NCBI GenBank assembly: GCA_942490825.1 | Contig: CALNYG010000005.1 | Span: 198,240-262,239 of the forward strand | Source of the DNA: Candidatus Moraniibacteriota bacterium | Lineage (GTDB): Bacteria; Patescibacteriota; Minisyncoccia; Moranbacterales; GCA-2747515 | DNA: 64,000 nucleotides | Direction: 5' to 3' | Shown here: one piece after another, positions 17,561 to 26,722 of the stretch | How positions within the stretch are numbered: the first letter of the stretch is position 1 | How the letters are laid out: each line of letters opens with the position of its first letter | Translations under genes and position numbers: made by a program | Notes under the pieces: generated by a model | The model's input: only the letters and a program-made list of their open reading frames with translations | The model's database searches: none | Told to the model about the DNA's origin: nothing

Positions 17561-18562
17561 ATGAAAAAGGTTTTATTTTCAGGAATGATGTGTGCGGTAA
17601 TGATTGTTTTTTCGTTTGTGATTTCTCAGAAAGATGCTCAAGCTGGAGGTGGTTGGTCTGTTGAAAGTCGTTGCACTGTAGATGGTTGGCAGATGACTCA
17701 GTGTCCAAACCCAATTACAGATATTTTTTCAGATTGTTTTATTTTTTCTGGAGATGTTTTTAATCGAGGGGATCTAGTTTTAATTGTGGATACTATAAAT
17801 GGTGAGTGTCCTGTCTGCAGTAATAAAGTTATTGAAGAGTCAGAGGAGTGTGACGATGGAAATTTGCTAGATGACGACGGTTGTGATTCTGAATGTCAGT
17901 TGGAGCCTTTTTGTGGAGATGGTTATCTTGACGATAATGAAAAATGTGACGATGGAAATATAAATGACGGAGATGGATGTAATTCAACTTGTGAGATTGA
18001 AGAAGTCCTAGAAATTCCAGAAATTCCAGAAATTCCAGAAACTTTAGAAACTCTAGAAATTCCAGAAACTTTAGAAACTCTAGAAATTCCAGAAACTTCA
18101 GAAGATAATGATAAAAACAAGGACAAGGACAAAGACAAGGACAAGGACAAAGACAAGGACAAAAATAAAGAAGGCGACTTTCGAGTAAAAATCAAAACTT
18201 ATGATTGTAATGGAAATGAAGAAAGTAAAAAGATCCAAGGTTCAAAAGTAAAACTATATAAAAGTAGTGGAAAAAAAGCAGATGAAGATAAAACTAATTT
18301 TAAAGGAGAATCTAATTTTTACGATGTCAAAGAAGGGAAATACGAAGTAAAATGTGAAGTTCCTGGATACGTTAGTTTAAAAGATCGAAGTAAAGATTAT
18401 TACAAATCTGGATCAGAAAAAGTTAAAGATGGAAAAAGAGCTCATGAAACTTGTCATCTTATTAAGGCGAGTTGTGATGCAAATGTAAAAGTTGAAAAAT
18501 TAGCACAAACAGGTGGAAGCGTTAAAGATTTAATTCTAAGTATGTTTAATTTTATATTCTAA
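17561..18562 (+). CDS. Secreted Cys-rich-repeat surface protein with C-terminal LAQTG sortase signal
   Basis: Signal peptide MKKVLFSGMMCAVMIVFSFVISQKDAQA. Two CDDGN..DGC..C repeats of the Myxococcus cysteine-rich repeat type, then PEIPE/TLETLEIPE and DKDK tandem repeats. C-terminal LAQTG is followed by a hydrophobic tail. Track start 17549; the second ATG at 17561 is preferred. Confidence 0.7.
   Translation: MKKVLFSGMMCAVMIVFSFVISQKDAQAGGGWSVESRCTVDGWQMTQCPNPITDIFSDCFIFSGDVFNRGDLVLIVDTINGECPVCSNKVIEESEECDDGNLLDDDGCDSECQLEPFCGDGYLDDNEKCDDGNINDGDGCNSTCEIEEVLEIPEIPEIPETLETLEIPETLETLEIPETSEDNDKNKDKDKDKDKDKDKDKNKEGDFRVKIKTYDCNGNEESKKIQGSKVKLYKSSGKKADEDKTNFKGESNFYDVKEGKYEVKCEVPGYVSLKDRSKDYYKSGSEKVKDGKRAHETCHLIKASCDANVKVEKLAQTGGSVKDLILSMFNFIF
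18011..18165 (+). repeat. In-frame tandem repeats (GAAATTCCA / GAAACTTTAGAAACTCTAGAAATTCCA units, then AAGGACAAGGACAAAGAC units)
   Basis: Direct reading. They encode the EIPEIPEIPETLETLEIPETLETLEIPE and DKDKDK.. tracts. Confidence 0.9.
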
Positions 18563-18590
18563 ATAAAATTTTATATATACAAAATGCCCC

Positions 18591-19367
18591 GTGAATTTTT
18601 TTAAGTTTGCGGGGCGTTTGTTTAAAAGTATTAATATTAAAAATATGTTTAAAATTTTAAATATTAAAAAAATTAATCTAAAAAGTTTTAAAAATAATAA
18701 ATTTATTTTTGCTTTATTTTCAATTTTTATTATAACTATTTCTTTTTTGTTATGGAAAAACATTGATGATAAAAGATTTGAAGAAGAAAAAACGGATAAT
18801 ATTAAACAGGAAAGAATTTTATTAGAAGAAGAATTGAAAAAAGCGGAAGAAATAGAAATAAAAAAAGAAGAATTAAAAAGAGAAGAAATAGAAGTTAGAG
18901 GTGAAGAAGAAACAGTTTATGGGGAATTGGGAGATTTTTGGATAGAAATTGATACGGATGATTTGAAAATTAAAGCTCCAATATTTGAAGGGATAAGTGG
19001 GACAAATAAAAATAAGGACAATAATATTTTAGATAAGGGCGTTGGTCATCATACTACAACTGCTTTTCCAAATGGGGAAAGCGGAAATGTGGTTCTCTCG
19101 GGTCATCGTTGGTTTCCGGGTGATCTTCCGGCGAGAACGGTTTTTATAGATTTGGATAAGTTGAAAGTTAATGATCGAGTTAGATTGTATTTTGATGGGG
19201 AGGAATTTGTGTATAGAATTACTGGTCAAAAAGTGATTAAGGATACTGAAACGTATATTTTGGATCAAACGGAAAAGGCTACGATTACTATTTATACTTG
19301 TACGCCGAAATATCCTTTGGTTACGCCGACTGATAGATTGGTTTATTTTGGGGAATTGGTTAAGTAG
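18591..19367 (+). CDS. Sortase (transpeptidase) with N-terminal membrane anchor
   Basis: Catalytic triad context: VVLSGHRW (His), ITIYTCTP (TLxTC-like Cys), TDRLVY (Arg). Lies immediately downstream of the LAQTG protein. Confidence 0.8.
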   Translation: MNFFKFAGRLFKSINIKNMFKILNIKKINLKSFKNNKFIFALFSIFIITISFLLWKNIDDKRFEEEKTDNIKQERILLEEELKKAEEIEIKKEELKREEIEVRGEEETVYGELGDFWIEIDTDDLKIKAPIFEGISGTNKNKDNNILDKGVGHHTTTAFPNGESGNVVLSGHRWFPGDLPARTVFIDLDKLKVNDRVRLYFDGEEFVYRITGQKVIKDTETYILDQTEKATITIYTCTPKYPLVTPTDRLVYFGELVK

Positions 19368-19473
19368 GTTATTTTAGTTTTCTTGAAGTTTTTGTGTGGG
19401 GAATATTTCTGGGTTTGGGAATTTGTGGAAATAAAAAGCTATCATTAATTCGATAGTTTTTTGTTTTATGGGC

Positions 19474-19622
19474 TTGACAAGGTTTTTATTCTGTGCTATT
19501 ATTTGGTGTTACGGTATGAGATTGATTAATTTCTATTGGGATGGAAATATGGTTTTTTCTTAATTTTGCAAACTGTCAGATATTATTTAGAGCTTGACAA
19601 AATTAATAAGATATGCTATAAT
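19474..19622 (+). promoter_or_regulatory. Cassette 1 tandem promoters P1 (TTGACA-17-TATTAT) and P2 (TTGACA-17-TATAAT with TGC extended -10)
   Basis: P1 19474-19502; P2 19594-19622. A near-identical copy is at 20386-20534 and a diverged copy at 30939-31086 (-). Confidence 0.75.
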
Positions 19623-19815
19623 ATTTTTATACGATAAGAAATTAAATGTGATTTGTAATTGTAATGTTGTTCTTTGAGATATTTTCATTTTTTCTTCTAT
19701 TTTATTGATTTTTTTGTTCTATATTCAGAAAGTTAAGTTTTAGTTTTTTGAGTTATAGGACAGAAAACAATGATAAATGCAGTGAGATAATATCAATATA
19801 CTGCGGAGAGAAAAG

Positions 19816-20130
19816 ATGAAAGATATTATTATCGATCAACATCTAGGAAAAACAGATTTAAATGAACTTTTGGTTGATTTTATGACCAAAGTTCATGAAA
19901 AGATGTTTAAGGACAATGGCAGGCCAGATGATCTGCGATTTCAGCTTCCCGTTGATGAGACGGGATGCACGGCTGAGCATATTTTAGGGATGCTTCAGTC
20001 CCTTGTAAATCAAGGGCATATCGCTCTTGTTGAGGACGGTGATGACCAGGAAAAAATGCAGAAATTGGCTATAGAAATGGCAACATTTGCGGCTGTTCTG
20101 TATGATCGAGCAGCTGCGAATTTTGAATGA
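19816..20130 (+). CDS. Cassette 1 cargo: hypothetical acidic 104-aa protein
   Basis: RBS GGAGAG 7 nt upstream of ATG. No family recognised. Confidence 0.6.
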   Translation: MKDIIIDQHLGKTDLNELLVDFMTKVHEKMFKDNGRPDDLRFQLPVDETGCTAEHILGMLQSLVNQGHIALVEDGDDQEKMQKLAIEMATFAAVLYDRAAANFE

Positions 20131-20385
20131 GCCGTTTTTAACCTTGTCGTAGGGAACACAATACAAGGAAAGTTCTTTTTGAAAAAAAATAGTTATGGAG
20201 ACCTACGCCATGACTACTCACTTTTTTACTAATCTTAAAAAAATTAGTAAAAAAGTTAAACTTTAAGGTTGAATCAATGTCAATGTACGATTCAACCTTA
20301 GTAATTAAGCATTTCAAATTAAATTTTGGAATATTTATAATAATAAAAAACTATCATTTATTTGGTAGTTTTTTGTTTTATGGGC

Positions 20386-20534
20386 TTGACAAGGTTTTTA
20401 TTCTGTGCTATTATTTGGTGTTACGGTATGAGATTGATTAATTTCTATTGGGATGGAAATATGGTTTTTTGTTAATTTTGCAAACTGTCAGATATTATTT
20501 AGAGCTTGACAAAATTAATAAGATATGCTATAAT
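20386..20534 (+). promoter_or_regulatory. Cassette 2 tandem promoters P1 and P2
   Basis: P1 TTGACA 20386-20391 / TATTAT 20409-20414. P2 TTGACA 20506-20511 / TGC-TATAAT 20526-20534. Confidence 0.75.
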
Positions 20535-20723
20535 ATTTTTATACGATAAGAAATTAAATGTGATTTGTAATCGTAATATTGTTCTTTGAGATATTTTCAT
20601 TTTTTCTCTGGTTTATTGATTTTTTTGTTCTATATTCAGAAAGTTAAGCTTTAGTTTTTTGAATAATAGGACAGAAAAATAAACAATAAAAAGTGCGGTT
20701 GAAATACACTGCGGAGAGAAAAA

Positions 20724-21131
20724 ATGGGACGTTGGTGTCATAGTGGTGGAAACTCGGATGGATACGATGAGATTTCTTTCAAAGAGCTTGGAAATGGGGT
20801 TTCTATTTCCATTGACTCTTTTGAGGGTGCTGTTTCTCCCAATTACGGGTGCAGAGAAGATGTTACGCAACAAATGTTGCATATAGTAAATTCTCTGGGA
20901 AAAAATCGGTTGAGAGCAGAGGATTGGCCTTCTCGTATGGAATGTATGATGAAGGCTGTCATGAAATATTGGTTTTTGCCTACGGTAGATCGGGCGTTGT
21001 ATCAAGCTACTGGATGTGGCTACGACACCGGAATGGGTAGAAGCATAAAAAGATGTCCAAAATGTCGATCTCTTTGGAAAAATAGGGATCGAAAAATATT
21101 TGAGCATCAGCGAAAGACATATGTAGGATAA
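20724..21131 (+). CDS. Cassette 2 cargo: hypothetical 135-aa Cys/Trp-rich protein with C-terminal CPKC motif and basic tail
   Basis: Same RBS block ACTGCGGAGAGAAAA as cassette 1. Preferred over the overlapping ORFs on both strands because of the RBS and promoter orientation. Confidence 0.55.
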   Translation: MGRWCHSGGNSDGYDEISFKELGNGVSISIDSFEGAVSPNYGCREDVTQQMLHIVNSLGKNRLRAEDWPSRMECMMKAVMKYWFLPTVDRALYQATGCGYDTGMGRSIKRCPKCRSLWKNRDRKIFEHQRKTYVG

Positions 21132-21743
21132 CCCTACTTAACAGGAGGACGGAACTCAACGAAGTATCGTTCCTCCTCCTCACTTTCTTACTAATCCTAA
21201 AAAGATTGGTCAAAAAGTTGAGAATAAAAAACTATCATTTATTTGGTAGTTTTTTGTTTTGGTTGGGATTGTATTTATAGTTTTCTTAAAATTTCAAAGT
21301 GAAGATTTCGGATAAATTAATTTCTATCTATAAAACGCGATAAATCGACGTTTCTACAAAAAAATATATTTTCCGGAATGACAGGGATGAGAGATGATGA
21401 AAAGCCCGTGCGGCGAGCACTTTTTAAAATATTAGAAAAATTTATACTGTATTTGTAGTATCAGAAAAACTTACTGGGATTCTTCACTTCATAAATTTAT
21501 CTGCGATAAATTTATTACGTTCAGAATGACGTGGTGGGAGAAATTGACTTTTCTGCTTTAAAATGCGAAAATTAAAATAGTAATTTATTAATTAGAGAAA
21601 TTAGTTTTTTGGCTATGAAGATACATATGCGTTTCATTTAATTTTATTAGAAAATGTATATGTAGATTTATAGCGATTCGTTTAATTTAGAAACGCGATG
21701 AATCGCGTTTCTACAGAAATAAAAATTATTTTTCTTAACAAAT

Positions 21744-23873
21744 ATGGTAGAACAAAAAAAATGGTCACTTGAGGTGGCGGGGCGAGAACTTATTGTGGAA
21801 ACAGGTAAGTTGGCAAAGCAAGCGGGTGGAGCAGTAACAGTACGTTACGGTGACACGCAGATTTTAGCAACAGCAGTGATGAGTAAACGTAAAGGTTTTA
21901 CAATGGGATATTTTCCATTGATGGTTGATTACGAAGAGCGATATTATGCAGCAGGGAAAATTAAAGGTTCACGTTTTATTAAAAGAGAAGGACGACCAAG
22001 TGACGAGGCAGTTTTAACTGGACGAGCAGTTGACCGAACAATTCGTCCACTTTTCGATATGCGAATGCGAAATGAAGTTCAGGTTGTTATTTCTGTGCAA
22101 TCAATTGATGGAGAAAATGATCCGGATATTATTTCAATTATTGCGGCTTCACTGGCGCTTTCTATTTCTGATGTGCCGTGGAATGGTCCTGTGGCAGCGG
22201 TAAAGGTTGCATTGATTGATGGTGAATTGGTTATTAATCCTACAAGAGAGCAGGGAGAAGAAACTTCATTGAGTCTTACTTTAGCAGGAACAGAAGGGAA
22301 AGTTAATATGATTGAGGCTGATGCAAAGGAATCTTTGGAAGAAGATGTTGTTCGAGCGTTTGAGGCTGGTCATGCTGAGATTGCGAAAATGGCTAAATTT
22401 ATTAGTGATATTAAAGCTGAGGTTGGTAAAGAAAAACGAGAGCCGATTTTATTGGTGGGAAGTGAGGAGACTGAAAATGCGATTAAAGAATCTTTGATTG
22501 AAAATGGTTTAGAAAAAGCTTTGTACGGAAATAAGGAAGAGATTGAAAGTCAGACTTCTGAGGTTAAGGAAAAAGCGAAAGAACAACTTTTGGAAAAATT
22601 AGCTGAAGAGGATTTATCAAATTTTGATGATGTTTTAGGATTAATTTTCGATGAGGTTTGTGATGGAATTGTTCATAAAAATATTTTGGACAGTGATAAG
22701 CGTCCGGATGATCGGAAGCCAGAAGAGATTCGACAAATTACTTGTGAAACTGGTCTTTTGCCTCGAACACATGGTTCAGGTTTATTTACTCGGGGAGAGA
22801 CTCAGGCTTTGACTGTTACGACTTTGGGAGCTCCTGGTGATCACCAGATTATTGATACGATGGAAGTTGATGAAAAGAAAAGTTATATTCATCATTATAA
22901 TTTTCCTCCTTTTTCAGTGGGTGAAGTTAAATTTATGCGTGGGCCGGGACGACGAGAGATTGGACATGGTGCTTTGGCTGAAAAAGCTTTGGTTCCGGTT
23001 CTTCCTCCAACGGAAAAATTCCCGTACACTATTTTGTTAGTTTCTGAAATTTTGGAATCAAATGGTTCCTCTTCAATGGCGGCAACTTGTGGCTCTACTT
23101 TGTCTTTGATGCATGCTGGTGTTCCGATTATTCGACCAGTTAGTGGTATTGCGATGGGTATGATGAGTGATGATTCTGGAAAGTATAAGGTTCTTTCTGA
23201 TATTCAGGGTGCTGAGGATCATTATGGTGACATGGATTTGAAAGTGGCTGGAACTGAAAAGGGTATTACTGCTTTGCAAATGGATGTGAAAATGGAAGGT
23301 ATTGATGTGGAAATGTTTAAGGCGACTTTGAGTCAGGCGAAAGAGGGACGTGCTCATATTCTTGGTAAAATGTTAGAGACTATTGCTGAGCCGAGTAAGG
23401 AAATGTCTCCTTATGCTCCACGGATTATTACGATGAAGATTGATCCGGAAAAGATTCGAACTGTGATTGGACCCGGCGGTAAGATGATTAATGAAATTAT
23501 TGAAAAGACTGGTGTGAACATTGATATTGAGGATGATGGTTCTGTATTTATTACTGCGGTTGAGGCTAAGGGAGGTGATGAGGCTCAGAGGATTATTCAT
23601 GATCTTACTCGTGAGATTGAGGCTGGGGAAATTTTTGATGGGACTGTTGTTCGTTTGATGGACTTTGGTGCTTTTGTCGAGGTTTTGCCTGGTAAGGATG
23701 GTCTTGTTCATATTAGTGAAATGGCACATGAGCGTGTTGCTAAGGTTGAGGATGTGGTGAAGATTGGTGATAAGGTTAAGGTGAAAGTTAAGGAGATTGA
23801 TAGTCAGGGTAGGATTAATCTTTCTATGAAGGCTCTGATTGAGAGGAAAGCGGTTGTTGAAAAAGAGGCTTAA
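21744..23873 (+). CDS. pnp: Polyribonucleotide nucleotidyltransferase (PNPase)
   Basis: 709 aa with two RNase PH domains, a KH domain (IRTVIGPGGKMINEI) and an S1 domain (GEIFDGTVVRLMDFGAFVEVLPGKDGLVHISE). Confidence 0.97.
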   Translation: MVEQKKWSLEVAGRELIVETGKLAKQAGGAVTVRYGDTQILATAVMSKRKGFTMGYFPLMVDYEERYYAAGKIKGSRFIKREGRPSDEAVLTGRAVDRTIRPLFDMRMRNEVQVVISVQSIDGENDPDIISIIAASLALSISDVPWNGPVAAVKVALIDGELVINPTREQGEETSLSLTLAGTEGKVNMIEADAKESLEEDVVRAFEAGHAEIAKMAKFISDIKAEVGKEKREPILLVGSEETENAIKESLIENGLEKALYGNKEEIESQTSEVKEKAKEQLLEKLAEEDLSNFDDVLGLIFDEVCDGIVHKNILDSDKRPDDRKPEEIRQITCETGLLPRTHGSGLFTRGETQALTVTTLGAPGDHQIIDTMEVDEKKSYIHHYNFPPFSVGEVKFMRGPGRREIGHGALAEKALVPVLPPTEKFPYTILLVSEILESNGSSSMAATCGSTLSLMHAGVPIIRPVSGIAMGMMSDDSGKYKVLSDIQGAEDHYGDMDLKVAGTEKGITALQMDVKMEGIDVEMFKATLSQAKEGRAHILGKMLETIAEPSKEMSPYAPRIITMKIDPEKIRTVIGPGGKMINEIIEKTGVNIDIEDDGSVFITAVEAKGGDEAQRIIHDLTREIEAGEIFDGTVVRLMDFGAFVEVLPGKDGLVHISEMAHERVAKVEDVVKIGDKVKVKVKEIDSQGRINLSMKALIERKAVVEKEA

Positions 23874-23906
23874 GATTTTTTGTGAATTTTGGGTTTTAGG
23901 GAAAAT

Positions 23907-23941
23907 TAAAAACACCTTGGCGGGAGCTGAGGTGTTTTTTT
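23907..23941 (+). terminator. pnp intrinsic terminator
   Basis: AAAAACACCTTGGCGGGAGCTGAGGTGTTTTTTT. Its T-tract is part of the IS target duplication. Confidence 0.75.
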
Positions 23942-23948
23942 GATTGAC

Positions 23949-25401
23949 TGTCACTTACCAATGATAATGTCATACCAGGTTACCAATAGAAATGTCATAC
24001 CTATTAAAATTATGTTAGTTTTACATGTTAACATTTAAAAAACATGAAAAACTATGCAAGATACAATAATCATGACAAATAAGGAATCTCAAAGGTATGA
24101 AATCATAAATAATTTAATAAACAATAAGATAAACGGAACACAAGCATTCAGACAATTAAATTTATCAGTCAGACAAACTAAAAGGTTAAAAGCTAAAGTA
24201 AACAGAAAAGGAATACAAGGAATAATTCATAAAAGCAGGGGGAAAGAAAGTAATAGAAAATTAGATGAAAAATTAAAAAAGAAAATCATAAAAACAATCA
24301 AAGAAAACTATTCAGATTTTTCATCACAATTAACTTATGAAAAATTAAATGAAGTTCATGAAATTAAAATAAGTTACACTTCGACGAGAAGAATTAGAAT
24401 AAACGAAGGTTTAAGTACAGTCAAAAAAAGAAAACAAAATAAAAAATACTTCTCACAAAGAGAAAGAAAAGAACATTATGGAGAATTAGTTCAATTCGAT
24501 GGTTCATATCATGATTGGCTTGAAAATGAAGAAGAGCAATGCCTGTTACTTGCAGTAGACGATGCTACTAGCGAGATAACTCCAGAACTTGATAAAAATG
24601 AAGGTATACAAGCAGTATTTAATTTTTGGAAAGAATACGTACAAGAAAAAGGAAGACCATTAGCTATTTATCTAGATAAATTCAGTACTTACAAAGTAAA
24701 TCACAAAAATGCAACGGACAATCAAGAATTCAAGACACAATTTCAAAGAGCTATGAAAGAATTAGATATACAAGTAATTTTTGCTAATACGCCTCAAGCC
24801 AAGGGAAGAGTAGAAAGAATGAACGAAACTTTACAAGACAGAATGATCAAAGAAATGCGACTAGCTAAAATAAATAGTATCGAACAAGCCGATGAATTTA
24901 TTAAAGAAAAATTTACTCCAGAATTTAATAAAAAATTCAATGTTCCCGCAAAGAAAAAAGGAGACCTACACAGAAAACTAACTAAGCAAGAAAAAGATAA
25001 ATTAAATAATATTTTCTCAATTAAAAGCACTAGAAAAATAAGGAATGATTTTGTAGTTCAATATAAAAATAGATATTTTCAATTAAATGAAATACAACCA
25101 ACTACAGTTTACAAAAAGGATGAAGTAATTATAGAAGAACATTTAGATGATTCAATTCATATTTCTAAAAAAGATAAATATTTAAGTTTTAAAGAATTAC
25201 CACATAAACCCAAAAAAGAAAATGAACTAAAATTACCAGCTATCACTAAAAGAAAATCAGATTACACTCCACCAGCAGATCATCCTTGGAGAAGCTACCA
25301 ATTTAAAAAAGAAAAATTAAAAGCTCAAAAATTAATTAAATTCTAAAGGTATGACATTTCTAAAGAAAACAAAGGTATGACATTTCTATTGGTAGTTGAC
25401 A
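23949..25401 (+). mobile_element. Intact insertion sequence, ISNCY/IS1202-like (rve-type DDE transposase), 1453 bp
   Basis: Terminal IRs TGTCACTTACCAAT / TGTCAACTACCAAT (12/14). Subterminal repeats AATGTCATACC occur twice at each end. A perfect 15-bp direct repeat GTTTTTTTGATTGAC flanks it at 23934-23948 and 25402-25416. Confidence 0.85.
24054..25346 (+). CDS. DDE (rve/integrase-core) transposase with N-terminal HTH
   Basis: LVQFDGSYHDW (D), IYLDKFSTY (D), AKGRVERMNETLQDR (E). Confidence 0.85.
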   Translation: MQDTIIMTNKESQRYEIINNLINNKINGTQAFRQLNLSVRQTKRLKAKVNRKGIQGIIHKSRGKESNRKLDEKLKKKIIKTIKENYSDFSSQLTYEKLNEVHEIKISYTSTRRIRINEGLSTVKKRKQNKKYFSQRERKEHYGELVQFDGSYHDWLENEEEQCLLLAVDDATSEITPELDKNEGIQAVFNFWKEYVQEKGRPLAIYLDKFSTYKVNHKNATDNQEFKTQFQRAMKELDIQVIFANTPQAKGRVERMNETLQDRMIKEMRLAKINSIEQADEFIKEKFTPEFNKKFNVPAKKKGDLHRKLTKQEKDKLNNIFSIKSTRKIRNDFVVQYKNRYFQLNEIQPTTVYKKDEVIIEEHLDDSIHISKKDKYLSFKELPHKPKKENELKLPAITKRKSDYTPPADHPWRSYQFKKEKLKAQKLIKF

Positions 25402-25514
25402 GTTTTTTTGATTGACTTTAAGTGAGTTGTTTGATAAGTTTAAATATCTGGCAATCTGGTCAGATATGGTTAAGGACGTTATTTAAATTTAAATATGTTT
25501 GTGAGAGGATAATT

Positions 25515-25730
25515 ATGAAGATAAGTCTCAATAATTATGTTTTTGTTCAACTTACTGATTATGGTAAATCAGTTTGTAGGGATTATTATAATAAGTATGG
25601 GCAAAAAGCGCCCAGTCTTGAAGGAAAAGTTAAGTTTCTTTTATGGGAGCTTATGAAAATTTTTGGTGAAAAATGTTATCAAGGCAATACTAATGTGTTT
25701 AAAGACTGTTTAATTGAAATTGAAAATTGA
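25515..25730 (+). CDS. Small hypothetical protein (71 aa)
   Basis: ATG at 25515 preceded by GAGAGGA. The track's longer 25422 start lacks support. Followed by terminator hairpin ATTCCGCAA..TTGCGGAATTTTTT (about 25755-25800). Confidence 0.45.
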   Translation: MKISLNNYVFVQLTDYGKSVCRDYYNKYGQKAPSLEGKVKFLLWELMKIFGEKCYQGNTNVFKDCLIEIEN

Positions 25731-25843
25731 GATTGGCAGTTTCAAAGAATGTAAGATTCCGCAATTTTTAGTTAAGAATTTGCGGAATTTTTTGTTTTTT
25801 AGAAATGAAATTTTATAACAAACCATGCTATAATTAAAAGATT

Positions 25844-26524
25844 ATGGAAAAAACTACACAACAATTAAAGAAAGAATATCCACCAAAAGTCTATAAAATA
25901 AAAGACAAAATAAATTTTGTTATAACTGCAATATTATTATTAGAAATAGTATTCGCACTTTTTCGAACTGAATGGATGGTATTATTTATCACAACAATAA
26001 CTCTAATCCTAACTCTGTCAGTTCAACTGGTTACCAAAAAAACCAGTAGTTTTATCTATATTCCCGAAGAACTTCAAATAGCAACTGTTCTTTTTATTTT
26101 CGCAACTTTATTTCTCGGAGAAATTCACGGATATTACGAATCATTTTGGTGGTGGGATTTAGTTTTACATGCAGGTTCGGCAATTGTTTTTGGATTTATT
26201 GGGTTTATAATTTTACTAGTTTTACAAAGAGGAGGGCGAGTCGAAGCAAAAGCATTTTGGTTGGCAATTTTTTCTTTTAGTTTTGCGATGGCAATTGGTG
26301 TTGTGTGGGAGATTTTTGAATTTACTGCTGATCAACTCTTTGATTTCAACATGCAAAAGTCAGGCTTAGTTGATACGATGTGGGATTTGATTGTTAATTC
26401 ATTGGGCGCTTTATTTGCGTCATTTTTTGGATTCTTATATTTAAAAGGAGAGGATAAGTTTTCTTTTGCTGTATTGATGAGCGAGTTTATTAAAAAGAAT
26501 CCACGATTTTTTCGAGATAGATGA
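25844..26524 (+). CDS. Hypothetical polytopic membrane protein
   Basis: About six TM helices; WWWDLVLHAGSA and WEIFEFTADQ motifs. Family not confidently recognised. Confidence 0.5.
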   Translation: MEKTTQQLKKEYPPKVYKIKDKINFVITAILLLEIVFALFRTEWMVLFITTITLILTLSVQLVTKKTSSFIYIPEELQIATVLFIFATLFLGEIHGYYESFWWWDLVLHAGSAIVFGFIGFIILLVLQRGGRVEAKAFWLAIFSFSFAMAIGVVWEIFEFTADQLFDFNMQKSGLVDTMWDLIVNSLGALFASFFGFLYLKGEDKFSFAVLMSEFIKKNPRFFRDR

Positions 26525-26596
26525 ATAGATCGGTAGACTTTTAGAATATAGACAGTTAGATTGTGTAGAGACATTGCACTGCAATGTCTTGGAAAT
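26521..26596 (+). repeat. 3'-end module: TAGA-rich tract plus GTAGA-flanked palindrome (GTAGAGACATTGCACTGCAATGTCT)
   Basis: Starts at the stop codon of the upstream gene. Related copies begin at about 12207, 15587, 16024, 31100, 39795, 53815, 56072, 57681, 59314 and 60299. Confidence 0.85.
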
Positions 26597-26722
26597 AGGC
26601 AAAAAATTTTCAATCTCCGATGGGACTCGAAGACATGTTTACGAATTTATAATTTTAAAGTTTTATGATTTTCTGTGGGGGATTCTTCACTTCATAAATT
26701 TATCTGTGATAAATTTATTACG

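Noticed and set aside
19664-19708. 14-codon leader-peptide ORF (MLFFEIFSFFLLFY) in the cassette 1 leader.
   Set aside because: The ATG is ATA in the otherwise near-identical cassette 2 leader, so the peptide is not conserved.
20613-21213. Alternative ORFs over cassette 2: 20613-21107 minus, 20849-21040 plus, 21007-21213 minus.
   Set aside because: Only the 20724-21131 plus-strand ORF is preceded by the conserved RBS block and lies downstream of the two promoters. The others are explained by low stop-codon density in this locally GC-richer segment.
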